Origin: Armatimonadota bacterium
GTDB lineage: Bacteria > Armatimonadota > UBA5829 > DSUL01
Assembly: GCA_039811685.1 (NCBI GenBank)
Contig: JBDHZC010000013.1
Coordinates: 1 to 31,933, forward strand
DNA: 31,933 nt
Reading direction: 5' to 3'
A program made the position numbers and the translations under genes. The notes beneath the pieces are model-generated. The model was not told the origin of the DNA. It was given only the letters and a program-made list of their open reading frames with translations, and did not search any database. Every line of letters starts with the position of its first letter. The stretch's first letter is position 1. This document shows positions 15,816 to 25,665 of the stretch, one piece after another.

Positions 15816-16968
15816 CCGTCTGTTCCGGATCGCAGCAGCTTCGCGCGACTACGCTCAAACACCGCTTGAGGTCTCAATTCGAGGTCTGGAGCGGCCAATC
15901 GGTCTGGGGTGGTTTCTGGAGGATATTGCCACCGGAGAGCGACTGCCACTACAGGCGCAGGGTGGGGCTCGAGCTGGCGATGGCCTGCTTATGTTCATTC
16001 TTCCCGACCTTAAGAAATCCCAGGAGCGCACATTTCGGCTTGTACTCGCGCCAGAGGCTCCGCTGGCCGCCGAAGTGCAGCCGGCGCCAGGTGACAAATG
16101 GGATATGCGCCTGAACGGCGAGGTTCTGACCAGCTACCACTACGGCAAAGAGTGGGCGCGTCCTTTTCTCTACCCGCTGAAAGGGGTGGGCGGGGTCAAC
16201 CTCACGCGCGGGTGGCCGATGGTGGAAGATCCGGAAGAAAAGACGGACCACGAACACCACAAGTCACTCTGGTCGGCCTATGGAGACCTGAACGGCACGG
16301 ATATCTGGAGTGAGCTGAACAACCACGGCCGCGTAGACCACGACGACTTCGTCGAAAAGTCAAGCGGTCCGGTCTTCTGCCGCCTTATTTCAAGAGAGAA
16401 CTGGCTTGCGAGTTCCGGTGAGCGCATCATGCGCTCCTCAACAGAAGTTACGCTCCATGCGCTTTCGGAAGATCAGCGGTTGCTGGACTACGCTATTACG
16501 TTTTTTGCCTCTGATGGTCCGGTGAAGTTCGGAGATACCAAGGAGGGCGGCCTGATCTCGCTGCGTCTCACGGCTTCCATGAACGGTGACCGGGGCGGTA
16601 TGATCGAAAATGCCGAAGGCGGCCGGACAGAAGCCGAATGCTGGGGCAAGCCGTCGCCCTGGGTGGATTACAGCGGCCCTGTTCAGGGCCAGACTCACGG
16701 CGCCGCTATCTTTGACCATCCGGACAATCCGTTTTATCCCACGCGCTGGCATGTGCGGGACTACGGGCTGTTTACAGCCAATCCTTTTGCGCTGCACGAT
16801 TATCTCGGCTCAAATGACGTAGATGGAAGCGCGGTGTTGGAGCCGGAGGCGCCGTGGAGGTTCCGCTACCGCATCTATCTGCACCGAGGCGGCGCAGAGG
16901 AGGCGAACGTCAAGAGTAAGTTCGACGCTTTCGCCCGTCCGCCGACCGTGGAAGAAATCACGGCATAA
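15808..16968 (+). CDS. PmoA-family/DUF6807-like protein (putative carbohydrate-related beta-sandwich)
   Basis: RPFLYPL, DHEHHKSLW, FGDTKEGG, WVDYSG, DHPDN and WHVRDYGLFTANPF. Overlaps the upstream epimerase by 8 bp. Confidence 0.75.
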   Translation: MPDRLFRIAAASRDYAQTPLEVSIRGLERPIGLGWFLEDIATGERLPLQAQGGARAGDGLLMFILPDLKKSQERTFRLVLAPEAPLAAEVQPAPGDKWDMRLNGEVLTSYHYGKEWARPFLYPLKGVGGVNLTRGWPMVEDPEEKTDHEHHKSLWSAYGDLNGTDIWSELNNHGRVDHDDFVEKSSGPVFCRLISRENWLASSGERIMRSSTEVTLHALSEDQRLLDYAITFFASDGPVKFGDTKEGGLISLRLTASMNGDRGGMIENAEGGRTEAECWGKPSPWVDYSGPVQGQTHGAAIFDHPDNPFYPTRWHVRDYGLFTANPFALHDYLGSNDVDGSAVLEPEAPWRFRYRIYLHRGGAEEANVKSKFDAFARPPTVEEITA

Positions 16969-16995
16969 CGCCGCAGTTCCTGTGCGACTGTCGCC

Positions 16996-19038
16996 TCAGA
17001 ATTCCAGAATATCCGACGAAGCGCGCGGGACAAGCAACCTTTGCGCTTCTCCGCTTGAGTTGTCCACGCAGCTAAAGCCCGTAATGATCGCCAGCTTTCC
17101 AACGGCCGGCGGTTGCCCGGAGACAGACAACACTCTGAGCGGCGTGCTGATGGACCCATCGCGGATGTAGAAACAACCCTGGCCGTGGTCGGTTACTTTC
17201 CCGTAAGTGCGAACAAGGCAGCCGAGATTGTAGGGTCCGTACCCGTCTGGTACTCCCGGCGCTACAGGATTCTGGCTCACGCCGCCGAGAGCCCGATTGC
17301 TCATCAGCTTTGGACGCACTTCCGGCTCCAGCCCTCCGGCGCTGTACGATGAACACAGAAGAATCCTCTGCCCGCCGAGTGTGCCCATCGCTCCGTACAG
17401 CGACACGCTTTGTCCCGGTTGCAGATACGGTGCGGCTCCCTCCGTCTGCACGCGAAGCCCGCGGGTTCCGTCGGGCGTCGAGACAAAGAAAGCCTGCTCG
17501 CCCAGAGACGGCGCCCGGCCGGTGAAGATGAACGGCCCCACATACACCGTTGCGCTGTCTGGTAGCGTGAGAATGTCGGCCAGAGGCGCGCTTGCGTCCA
17601 GCGTAAGCGTTCGCGTGACGCTGGTCTCATTCAGCATCCCGTCGTACAGCGTGTACTTCACCTGATGTTGTCCCGCTGATGCGCCGATGAGACTGCACTG
17701 CGTACCAAAGTTGAAAGCATGGTTTGCGTCCACCAGCGTCCCGTCCACATACAGCTCGCCTTTGGCCACTCCGGGTTTGGCGTCAAAAGGACTGACAGGC
17801 GTGACGCTTAGCAGTTTGGCGCTATTCAGTATCACGTTGATATTGCTGAGGGTAGGGGGAATACGGTCGCCGGGATCTCCCGATCCCCATGCGTTCATCC
17901 ACCTTCGCGCCTGCTGCACGTGAAGCCCCCGCACTTCAATGCGCCCTGGGTTGTTGACGCCAAGTCCCACAGATGCCGCATAGGCGAGCGCCGGCACGCT
18001 GGCGATACTGGTTTCATAGCCGCACAGAAGCGTCTGTATTGTGTCGTGAGCGACAGGGTCTCGCGACGCTGCCACCAGCCGGTACACCCCTCCCGGGGGA
18101 ATATTCACAGCGCCTCCACCCCCGTTCGGTCCACCGCACGGGCCGTTCGGCACGCCGACCAGTCCGTCCAGCACCACCAGGTCAGGCGGCCGGCAGTTGG
18201 TCATATCGGCTATCCCTTTGGCGTTGGTGGTCAGCTCGTCATCGCCCCAGAATGTGAAGTGAAGCAGGTTCCACTTGTACATGGAAGTCCACCCGCCGTG
18301 ATAGATGTCCGAGGCGGCATGCCCAAAAGAGAGCTTCAACGCGCCCGTGACACCGGCCAGGTTGTGGGTCTTAAGGGACGGGATTCGGATCAGAGCGTCG
18401 CACTGCGCCACCACGTTCGGAAGACAGTACACACGGTTAATCAGAAAGTTCGGCTTGATGATTCGAGTCACATAGGCCGCATCATACGGGCCGCTGTAAT
18501 CCGGGTACGAAGGGTACAGACGCCCGGCATTGTTGGCGTCCACCAGCCGCGCGCCCGTTTCATCGTCTATGAGATCTGCGTTTGTGTCCAGCCCGGAGTC
18601 TTTGAAAGCCTTGAGGGTCATCTGGCGGTCGGTATAACCGGCAGAGGACCCGTGGAATGCCGCCGAGCCTTCACAGATCGTGATATCCACTGGGGAAACA
18701 CCCCGCTCTATACAGAGCCGTATGACGGCCCGGACTACACGCGCATCTGTGATAATGCCGCTTCCGGAAGGCCAGCCCGCCTCAGTGAGATTGGGCTGAA
18801 TGACTATCTTCTTGCCTGGCGCTATTCTTTGCGGCAGTCCACCGGCCAGAGCGACGGCCTGGCGCACTGAAGACTCGATGTCAGAGTCCGTCGGGGCACT
18901 GACAATCGCAACAGATGACTGCGCTGTGCCAACAGCGTGGCATGTGCCAGCACATAGCAGACCAGGGAGGATAGCGGAAAGAACAGCCCACGGCACGCAC
19001 GAGGCTGTGCTGGCGCAGCGCAAGAGTCGAATACGCAT
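16996..19038 (-). CDS. Secreted DUF362-domain protein with an Ig-like domain and tandem C-terminal OB-like domains
   Basis: Signal peptide; DUF362 motifs IVIQPN, ICEG, PSLKTHNLAGVTGALK, LDGLVG..GP and DPVAHD; ELYVDG Ig-like module; C-terminal NLGCLVRTYGKVT...FYIRDGS. Confidence 0.75.
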   Translation of the reverse strand: MRIRLLRCASTASCVPWAVLSAILPGLLCAGTCHAVGTAQSSVAIVSAPTDSDIESSVRQAVALAGGLPQRIAPGKKIVIQPNLTEAGWPSGSGIITDARVVRAVIRLCIERGVSPVDITICEGSAAFHGSSAGYTDRQMTLKAFKDSGLDTNADLIDDETGARLVDANNAGRLYPSYPDYSGPYDAAYVTRIIKPNFLINRVYCLPNVVAQCDALIRIPSLKTHNLAGVTGALKLSFGHAASDIYHGGWTSMYKWNLLHFTFWGDDELTTNAKGIADMTNCRPPDLVVLDGLVGVPNGPCGGPNGGGGAVNIPPGGVYRLVAASRDPVAHDTIQTLLCGYETSIASVPALAYAASVGLGVNNPGRIEVRGLHVQQARRWMNAWGSGDPGDRIPPTLSNINVILNSAKLLSVTPVSPFDAKPGVAKGELYVDGTLVDANHAFNFGTQCSLIGASAGQHQVKYTLYDGMLNETSVTRTLTLDASAPLADILTLPDSATVYVGPFIFTGRAPSLGEQAFFVSTPDGTRGLRVQTEGAAPYLQPGQSVSLYGAMGTLGGQRILLCSSYSAGGLEPEVRPKLMSNRALGGVSQNPVAPGVPDGYGPYNLGCLVRTYGKVTDHGQGCFYIRDGSISTPLRVLSVSGQPPAVGKLAIITGFSCVDNSSGEAQRLLVPRASSDILEF

Positions 19039-19192
19039 GAGAGGCCCCTCAGGATAAAATGGGCGGGTTCGCTGCCGTTAGTGCGAAAAAGCCGCCCGGA
19101 CACTACATCCATTATAGGGCGCGCTCTCGCGCTTTCCTAAAGTACATATGTACTGGTACTGCCGCCGAGATGCGGAGTCTGACCCGCCAAAG

Positions 19193-20125
19193 TTACGGCG
19201 TCACAGCCGTAGCCGGGAGCCGGTTCCTGGCGGCGCGCTTCTTGAACTGATGCAGCGTAGCGCCATCTGCGCCGATCAGACGCACGCCGAGACTGCGGGA
19301 GCCAAAGCTCAAAGCCGCGAATCCGTTGGATCTGCGGGCAAAAGGGCCATGCCTGTCTGTAACGTCCCGCGTATTAGCTCCGCCTCCTCCAACCAGTAGA
19401 AAAGTTGTGCGCCAGCCGGGAATCTCGATGTGCTGAAGATCATGGTCGTGTCCGGCGATGTAGAGGTCAACGCTGTATCTCTTGAAAAGCGGGCCCCACT
19501 CCTGCTGCATCGTTTCGCTGTCCGCGTGCGATCCGCTCGAAAATAGCGGATGATGAGCTACACAGACCAGCCAGGGCGCCCTGCGAGGCTTGGACAGCTC
19601 GTGCTCCATCCAGCGCTTTTCAGCCGCCCATTCAGAAGCTGACAGCTTCGATTTGTTGCTGTCCAGCATCAGAATCGTGACCATGGGATTCAGGACAGGG
19701 ATGTCCACCCTGTACCATTTCGAAGGCATCTTCCAGCGGGAGTGAGGGTTCGCGCGGGCGTACTCGAGTTCAATCGCCGCTTTGTCGTACTGATAGTCAT
19801 GATTGCCAAGCACAGCGTAAAACGGCGCATTCAGACGCCTGCTGTCGTACATCTCTTCAAAGATCGTCTTCCAGCGCTCATCGTGAATGCTCTCAAGGGG
19901 TGTGTAGAAGTTGTCTCCCGCCAGAAGGACGCCGGCGAGCTTCCAGTCCTCCGTCCGGACAAAGTCCGCCATCTGCCTGGCCACCTTCGTCTGAAGCTCC
20001 ATGTTCTGTCCACCCCAGTCGCCCATCGCCAGAAGCTGCACATCCGCCCGAGCCGCGCTTGCCGCAAATCCCAGCAGCGCGGCCGCCACAACTACGAGTG
20101 TTCGCACGCACCTGCCTGTGTTCAT
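19193..20125 (-). CDS. Secreted metallophosphoesterase, purple/tartrate-resistant acid phosphatase type
   Basis: GDWG, GDNFY, GNHDY, HHP and GHDH motifs with a signal peptide. An alternative GTG start at 20140 overlaps the tyrS stop. Confidence 0.9.
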   Translation of the reverse strand: MNTGRCVRTLVVVAAALLGFAASAARADVQLLAMGDWGGQNMELQTKVARQMADFVRTEDWKLAGVLLAGDNFYTPLESIHDERWKTIFEEMYDSRRLNAPFYAVLGNHDYQYDKAAIELEYARANPHSRWKMPSKWYRVDIPVLNPMVTILMLDSNKSKLSASEWAAEKRWMEHELSKPRRAPWLVCVAHHPLFSSGSHADSETMQQEWGPLFKRYSVDLYIAGHDHDLQHIEIPGWRTTFLLVGGGGANTRDVTDRHGPFARRSNGFAALSFGSRSLGVRLIGADGATLHQFKKRAARNRLPATAVTP

Positions 20126-20136
20126 CGCCGTCCCCT

Positions 20137-21372
20137 TCACCTTACCAGCACCCTGTGGTACTTTTTCTTACCAGAGCGCAACATCATCTCGCCGTCTTTT
20201 ACACTGCGGGTATCGACAGACGCCCCGATGTCCGTGACCTGCTCGCCTCCCACATAAGCGCCTCCGCCCTGAATCAGCCTTCTCGCCGCGCTTTTTGACC
20301 CCGCCAGTCCTGTCTCAACGAACAGATCAACTACAGAAATGCCCACCTCCAGCCTCACTGCCTCGACAGTTGTCGTCGGGACAGCGCTCAGGTCGCTGCC
20401 GTCACCACCGAAGGCCGCGCGGGAGGCGTTGCGAGCATCTTCTGCCTCTTTTTCACCGTGCGTCAGTCTGGTGACCTCATAAGCAAGCACTTCTTTCGCC
20501 TGGCGGATATCCGCGTCTGCGAGTGTTCCAAGGCGTCGGACCTCGTCCATCGGCAGAAACGTGAACAGCGCCAGGAAGCGCTCCACATCTCGGTCATCTG
20601 TGTTGATCCAGTACTGGTAAAACTCATACGGACTCGTTCGACTGGCGTCCAGCCAGACAGCGCCTCCTGCCGTCTTGCCCATCTTTTCGCCCCGCGCCGT
20701 AGTCAACAGCGGAAACGTCAGTCCGTACGCTTCCCCACCTTCAACCCTTCGGATCAAGTCCGAGCCAGCTAAAATGTTGCTCCACTGATCGTCGCCGCCA
20801 AGCTGCAGAGCGCATCCCAGACGCCGGTGCAGCACAAGGAAGTCGTACGCCTGCAGAATCTGATAGTTGAACTCAATGAACGAAAGCCCTTCCTCGCGCT
20901 CCATCCGCAGCTTGTAAGCCTCAGCCCTCATCATTTCGTTCACGCGAAAATGCCGTCCGATGTCGCGTAGAAACTCGATGTAGTTGACTTCGAGCAGCCA
21001 GTCCGCGTTGTTCACACAGAGTCCAGCTTCGCCGTCCAGAGTCAAAAAGCGCTTTAGCTGCGCTTCGATCCTCTGTCCATTGCTCGAGATCTCTTCACGC
21101 GAGAGCATCTGACGCATTTCCGTCTTGCCGCTCGGGTCGCCAACCATAGCTGTCGCTCCGCCGATCAGCGCAATGGCTCTATGTCCGGCTCTCTGGCAGT
21201 GCGCCATCGCCATGATTGGCAGCATACTGCCTACGTGCAGGCTGTTCGCCGTCGGATCAAATCCACAGTAGAAAGTCAGCTTTTCGCACCCGAGCCGTTT
21301 GTTCAGAGCATCTTCATCCGTACACTGCTTTACAAAGCCGCGCTCGAGCAGAGTTTCAAAGGCGTTTTCCAA
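20137..21372 (-). CDS. tyrS: Tyrosine--tRNA ligase
   Basis: YCGFDPTANSLHVGS (HIGH), QLGGDDQWSNI, KMGKT (KMSKS) and a C-terminal S4 domain. TTG start. Confidence 0.97.
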   Translation of the reverse strand: MENAFETLLERGFVKQCTDEDALNKRLGCEKLTFYCGFDPTANSLHVGSMLPIMAMAHCQRAGHRAIALIGGATAMVGDPSGKTEMRQMLSREEISSNGQRIEAQLKRFLTLDGEAGLCVNNADWLLEVNYIEFLRDIGRHFRVNEMMRAEAYKLRMEREEGLSFIEFNYQILQAYDFLVLHRRLGCALQLGGDDQWSNILAGSDLIRRVEGGEAYGLTFPLLTTARGEKMGKTAGGAVWLDASRTSPYEFYQYWINTDDRDVERFLALFTFLPMDEVRRLGTLADADIRQAKEVLAYEVTRLTHGEKEAEDARNASRAAFGGDGSDLSAVPTTTVEAVRLEVGISVVDLFVETGLAGSKSAARRLIQGGGAYVGGEQVTDIGASVDTRSVKDGEMMLRSGKKKYHRVLVR

Positions 21373-21417
21373 TAGGCTGTCCTTACGTCATTATGGGAGG
21401 AGTTCTTCTGTCGCCCA

Positions 21418-21447
21418 ATTCTATCCGTCGTCTGCTGCGCGCGTCAA
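21418..21447 (-). promoter_or_regulatory. Sigma70-type promoter of tyrS
   Basis: Minus strand TTGACG-18 nt-TAGAAT. Confidence 0.6.
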
Positions 21448-21516
21448 AGCACATAAGTCGGCGCTGGGGCATTGTCTGGAGGGGGCCACTAGGCTGGTGC
21501 ATCTGTTGAACGGACG

Positions 21517-23307
21517 CTAATCCCCGAAAACGCGCTGATTGGGCGTGCTCTTGACCTTGAAATACGCCGCCATCATTGCCTTGGCGACCGGCGCGGCTGC
21601 GGTGGCGCCGTGCCGTCCGTGCTCAACCAGCACCGCGCACACTATCTGGGGATTATTCAGCGGGGCCACGCTGACAAACCACGCGTGCGGTGCGCCGCGG
21701 GTGACTTCCGCCGTGCCGGTCTTGCCTCCAATGTCAATGCCTGGCAGGGCGGCTGTGCGTCCAGTTCCCGCCTGCACTGTTAGCCGCAGCGCGTTTACAA
21801 TCTTTGCGTAGTATTCGTCAGGAACTCCTGTGGTGGAAATCAACTCAGGCTGAATGTGTTTAATTCCTGTGGCCGTCTTGATGCTCTTGACGAGGTGAGG
21901 GCGATAGCGGCGTCCATGCATAGCCACTGCGCCTGTGACCGAGGCAATCTGGAGTGGGGTGCACTCAACGTAACCCTGGCCGATTGCAGTGCTGAGGGTC
22001 TCACCCGGCCGCCAGATGGGGTCGCGCTTCACATATTTGCGCTTCCACTCTTCTGACGGGATGGTACCCCCGTGCTCACCTGGCAGGTCGATACCGGTCT
22101 CTTTCCCAAGCCCAAAACGCCTGGCCATACTCGCGATTGCATCCACGCCAAGCGCCTGCCCAACCCTGTAGAAGAAGATGTCGCACGATTTGGCAATAGC
22201 GGTATCAAACGTGACGTAGCCATGCCTGCTCCAGCAGCGTGGGCCGCGGGATCCCAGACGCCCCGTACAGTAGACACTCATCCCGGGAGTGATCTTGCCG
22301 CCCACCAGCCCTGCCAGAGAGGTGACGATCTTGAATGTTGAAGCCGGGGGATAAGCTCGCACGGCGCGATCCAGCAGAGGTTTGCGCTTGTCCGAGAGGA
22401 TGGCCTGGTATTCTTTTGCGCGAATTCCGCGCGCGAACAGATTGGGGTCGTAGGCCGGCTGGCTGACCAGCGCCAGCACCTCACCCGTTCTGGGGTCCAG
22501 CGCAACGGCAGAACCCACATGGCCCGCAAGCGCTTCTTCCGCAGCTCTTTGCACCTTTGAGTTGATCGTCAGCACAAGGTCAGAGCCCTTCAGCGGCTCA
22601 TCCTCGCTGAGCATTCTAATGCGATTTCCCGATGCGTCCACCGCAATTCGAAGTCCGCCGTCTTCGCCGCGCAGGACCTCCTCGTACTGCTTTTCCAGAC
22701 CGCTCTTCCCCACACGAGACTCCGAGTAATAGATCCCCGGCTCCCTCCTGAGCAGATCCTCACCTATCAGCCCCATCGTCCCGAGTAGATGCGCGCCGAG
22801 CTTTGCCTGCGGATAGTAGCGCAGTTGCTCAAGTTCTACGGAGACGCCAGGCAGCCACGGCTGCATCTCCTTCAGCCGCGCCAGAACTTCCCACGGCACG
22901 TCCACCGCAACTCGCACCATTTTGTAGTTGGGTTCGTCTGCGTTCAGCCGCAGCTCGAGCTCCTCCATTGGAAGGTGCAGGCATTCCGCAAGTTTCCTGC
23001 CCTCCGGACCCTCGATGTTGAACTCATCAGGGTGAACGCTTACGACAAACTTGGGACGGGTTGTTGCCAGCATGACGCCGTTCCTGTCAAGGATGTCGCC
23101 CCGAGGTCCGGGCTTGCGTTCCAGCCGCGTGGCGTTGGCCTGCGCGGCTGCGGCAAAGCGCTCTCCTTCAGCAATCTGAAGAAACCACAGCCGGCCGAGG
23201 AGCATCAGAAACAACAGTCCGACGCCAATCTGGATAATGCGGCCGCGACGGTGCAGCCGGGTTTTTTCGTGCGGAGACGGGGGGATTGGGATATCGCGCA
23301 GATTCAT
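21517..23307 (-). CDS. mrdA: Penicillin-binding protein 2 (class B)
   Basis: N-terminal TM and RLWFLQI, RGDILDRNG, RYYP, GKSGLEKQYE; transpeptidase motifs STFK, SCD and KTGT. Confidence 0.92.
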   Translation of the reverse strand: MNLRDIPIPPSPHEKTRLHRRGRIIQIGVGLLFLMLLGRLWFLQIAEGERFAAAAQANATRLERKPGPRGDILDRNGVMLATTRPKFVVSVHPDEFNIEGPEGRKLAECLHLPMEELELRLNADEPNYKMVRVAVDVPWEVLARLKEMQPWLPGVSVELEQLRYYPQAKLGAHLLGTMGLIGEDLLRREPGIYYSESRVGKSGLEKQYEEVLRGEDGGLRIAVDASGNRIRMLSEDEPLKGSDLVLTINSKVQRAAEEALAGHVGSAVALDPRTGEVLALVSQPAYDPNLFARGIRAKEYQAILSDKRKPLLDRAVRAYPPASTFKIVTSLAGLVGGKITPGMSVYCTGRLGSRGPRCWSRHGYVTFDTAIAKSCDIFFYRVGQALGVDAIASMARRFGLGKETGIDLPGEHGGTIPSEEWKRKYVKRDPIWRPGETLSTAIGQGYVECTPLQIASVTGAVAMHGRRYRPHLVKSIKTATGIKHIQPELISTTGVPDEYYAKIVNALRLTVQAGTGRTAALPGIDIGGKTGTAEVTRGAPHAWFVSVAPLNNPQIVCAVLVEHGRHGATAAAPVAKAMMAAYFKVKSTPNQRVFGD

Positions 23308-23323
23308 GAGGCCTCAGCAGATG

Positions 23324-25639
23324 TCAATGGCGGTTGCATAGCTGCGTTGGCTGCAGGTCTTCTCGATAACGCCTGCGCACGACGTGCGGGCAGTTCGTGT
23401 TAGCGATCATGCCTGTGTCCGCGCACACCAGAACGTTCACATAAGCAGCGCTGCGCGTGCGGGCCGGTTGCTCGGTTCGAATTTCACTCACGGGTTGAGT
23501 TTCAGGAGAGGCGTAGGCCCCTGAAGTTGTGTCCTGATCCTGGGATGGTTCATTTGGAGTGTCATTGTGCGGTACGTGGACGTCACAGTACACGGACGGA
23601 GCTTCGTTGCGCTTGAAGGTCTCCGTGTGCCAGGAAGGACACCGGCGTCTGGCTATCAAGCCTGTCGTATCGCAGATGCGTAGTGTGACTGTGGATTCCG
23701 CACGCTGCGCACGCCGGCGCGGCGGCTCCTGCTGCTCGGAGGCGGCGGCGACAACCTGCTTTGAATGCGATCCCTTTTTTGCGAGATACTCGCGCTGCCG
23801 TGGCACGGCCTGGCGCATAAAGGAGCCCCAGATGGGTCCGCAGACGTTGCCACCCCACACCTGATTCATTGGGATCGGAGTCGGGTTTCCAACCCACACG
23901 GCCGTGACGATCTCCTTTGTATAGCCGATAAACCACGCGCTGCGATCTTCGCTGGTGGTCCCTGTCTTGCCTCGGGCTTCCGCCACATAGCCCCTGACAG
24001 GGGCGCCGGTTCCTTCCTGAACAACTGCCCGCAGCATCATATCAATGTTGGTGGCCGTTTCATCGGACATGACTTTGGTAAGCGTTGGCGTGTACTCTTT
24101 CAGAGTGCTTCCGTCTGAAGTTGCGATCTTACTCAGGCAGACAGGTTTGACCGCATAGCCTCCGTTGGCAAAGGCGCAGTAGACCTGCGACATCTGAAGT
24201 GGCGATATCGCCGCAGACCCAAGCGCAAGACTCAAAGTAGGATCAAGTTGAGAGGTGATTCCAAGTGCGTGCGCGTACTTGATCACTTCGTCTATCCCCA
24301 CTGCCTTGGCCACTCTCACCGCAACCGTATTCACCGAGTTTGCCAGAGCGCGCTTCAACTGCATGCGCGATCTCGTATAGCGGTGAGTGTAGTTCTCAGG
24401 CCACCACTTTGCGCCCTTGCCCGGAATATTGATGAGGATGGGAGAGTCTTCCATCCTGTCGTACGGACTCATATTGTTTTGAAGCGCCGCAACATACACG
24501 ATGGGTTTGAAAGTGGAGCCGGGCTGCGGCGTGCCCTGCGTAGCTACGTTGAACTGGCGCTGGTAGAAGTCCGTACCGCCCACCATCGCGCGCACAAATC
24601 CGGTCTGAGGGTCCATCGCCACCAGCGCGCCTTCCCCCACGCGGCGCCAGCGATTGCGCGCTACGCCCTCACGCACAGCCTGATCTGCAGTTTCCTGCAT
24701 TCTGTAATCGAGCGTTGTGTAGATCTGCAGGCCGCCGTGATAGATATTTGACTCTCCGTACTCCGCGCCAACCTGTTTGAGCACGTACTGGACAAAGAAC
24801 GGCGCCTTCCAGCGCTCGTTGCGAGGTTTTGGCCCCAGACGCAGCTTCGACGCTCTGGCTTCGTCGAACTCACTTTGGCTGATCTTCCCCTGCTCCAGCA
24901 TGTTCCTCAGCACGACGTTGCGCCGTCCAATCGCCGCGTCCAGATTGTTGAATGGAGAGTACGAGGTGGGGCGCTGTGTCAGCCCCGCAATAGTGGCGGC
25001 CTCACTCAGAGTCAGGTCATTGACGGGTTTGCGGAAATAGATACGCGCAGCAGACTGCACGCCATAGGCGCCACTACCGTAGTAGACTTCATTCAGGTAG
25101 AACTCCAGAATCTGCTGCTTCGTAAACTTGCGCTCCAGAGCCATAGCCAGCGCCACTTCCTGTAGTTTACGCGCAAGAGTCTTCTTGTTTGACAGGTAGA
25201 CGTTTCGAGCAAGCTGCTGAGTGATCGTGCTTGCGCCCTGATCGTACTGCCCGCCCCGGATATTGGCGACCACCGAGCGAACGATGCCGATCGGGTCAAA
25301 TCCTATGTGGTCGTAGAAGCGCTTGTCTTCAATGGCGACCGTCGCCTGCTGGAGGTTCTGAGGAATATCATCCAGCTTCACCACGGAGCGCTTTTCATCA
25401 CCGAGCGTCGCCAGCACTACGCCGTCAGAAGAGAAGATACGCGTGGATTCAACTGGCCGGAAGTTGAGCTGGTTTGGGTTGGCTGGCACCATCCGTGACA
25501 TGCTCCACACCAACCCTCCCATAAGGCCCAGCGCCGCGCCCACAGCAACCAGAAACAGGAGCGTGATCCAGCGCAGAATTTTTAGAGCCATTCGCCGATG
25601 TTTCCGAACGGGCGGGTTCTTGTGAGGAGACATTCGCAT
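23324..25639 (-). CDS. Class A penicillin-binding protein (PBP1A family) with two Cys/His-rich C-terminal repeats
   Basis: Transglycosylase motifs EDKRFYDH, GASTITQQLARN and RKLQE; transpeptidase motifs STFK, SVN and KTGT. Confidence 0.93.
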   Translation of the reverse strand: MRMSPHKNPPVRKHRRMALKILRWITLLFLVAVGAALGLMGGLVWSMSRMVPANPNQLNFRPVESTRIFSSDGVVLATLGDEKRSVVKLDDIPQNLQQATVAIEDKRFYDHIGFDPIGIVRSVVANIRGGQYDQGASTITQQLARNVYLSNKKTLARKLQEVALAMALERKFTKQQILEFYLNEVYYGSGAYGVQSAARIYFRKPVNDLTLSEAATIAGLTQRPTSYSPFNNLDAAIGRRNVVLRNMLEQGKISQSEFDEARASKLRLGPKPRNERWKAPFFVQYVLKQVGAEYGESNIYHGGLQIYTTLDYRMQETADQAVREGVARNRWRRVGEGALVAMDPQTGFVRAMVGGTDFYQRQFNVATQGTPQPGSTFKPIVYVAALQNNMSPYDRMEDSPILINIPGKGAKWWPENYTHRYTRSRMQLKRALANSVNTVAVRVAKAVGIDEVIKYAHALGITSQLDPTLSLALGSAAISPLQMSQVYCAFANGGYAVKPVCLSKIATSDGSTLKEYTPTLTKVMSDETATNIDMMLRAVVQEGTGAPVRGYVAEARGKTGTTSEDRSAWFIGYTKEIVTAVWVGNPTPIPMNQVWGGNVCGPIWGSFMRQAVPRQREYLAKKGSHSKQVVAAASEQQEPPRRRAQRAESTVTLRICDTTGLIARRRCPSWHTETFKRNEAPSVYCDVHVPHNDTPNEPSQDQDTTSGAYASPETQPVSEIRTEQPARTRSAAYVNVLVCADTGMIANTNCPHVVRRRYREDLQPTQLCNRH

Positions 25640-25665
25640 AAATGGAGTTCTCAGTTTGCCGACAG

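Noticed and set aside
15808..16968. Methane monooxygenase interpretation of the PmoA-family label
   Set aside because: The protein is soluble with no TM helices and there are no pmoB/pmoC genes. The family name is misleading and the context is sugar metabolism.
21373..21516. T-box leader upstream of tyrS
   Set aside because: The promoter sits about 45 nt from the start codon, leaving no room, and no T-box consensus is seen.
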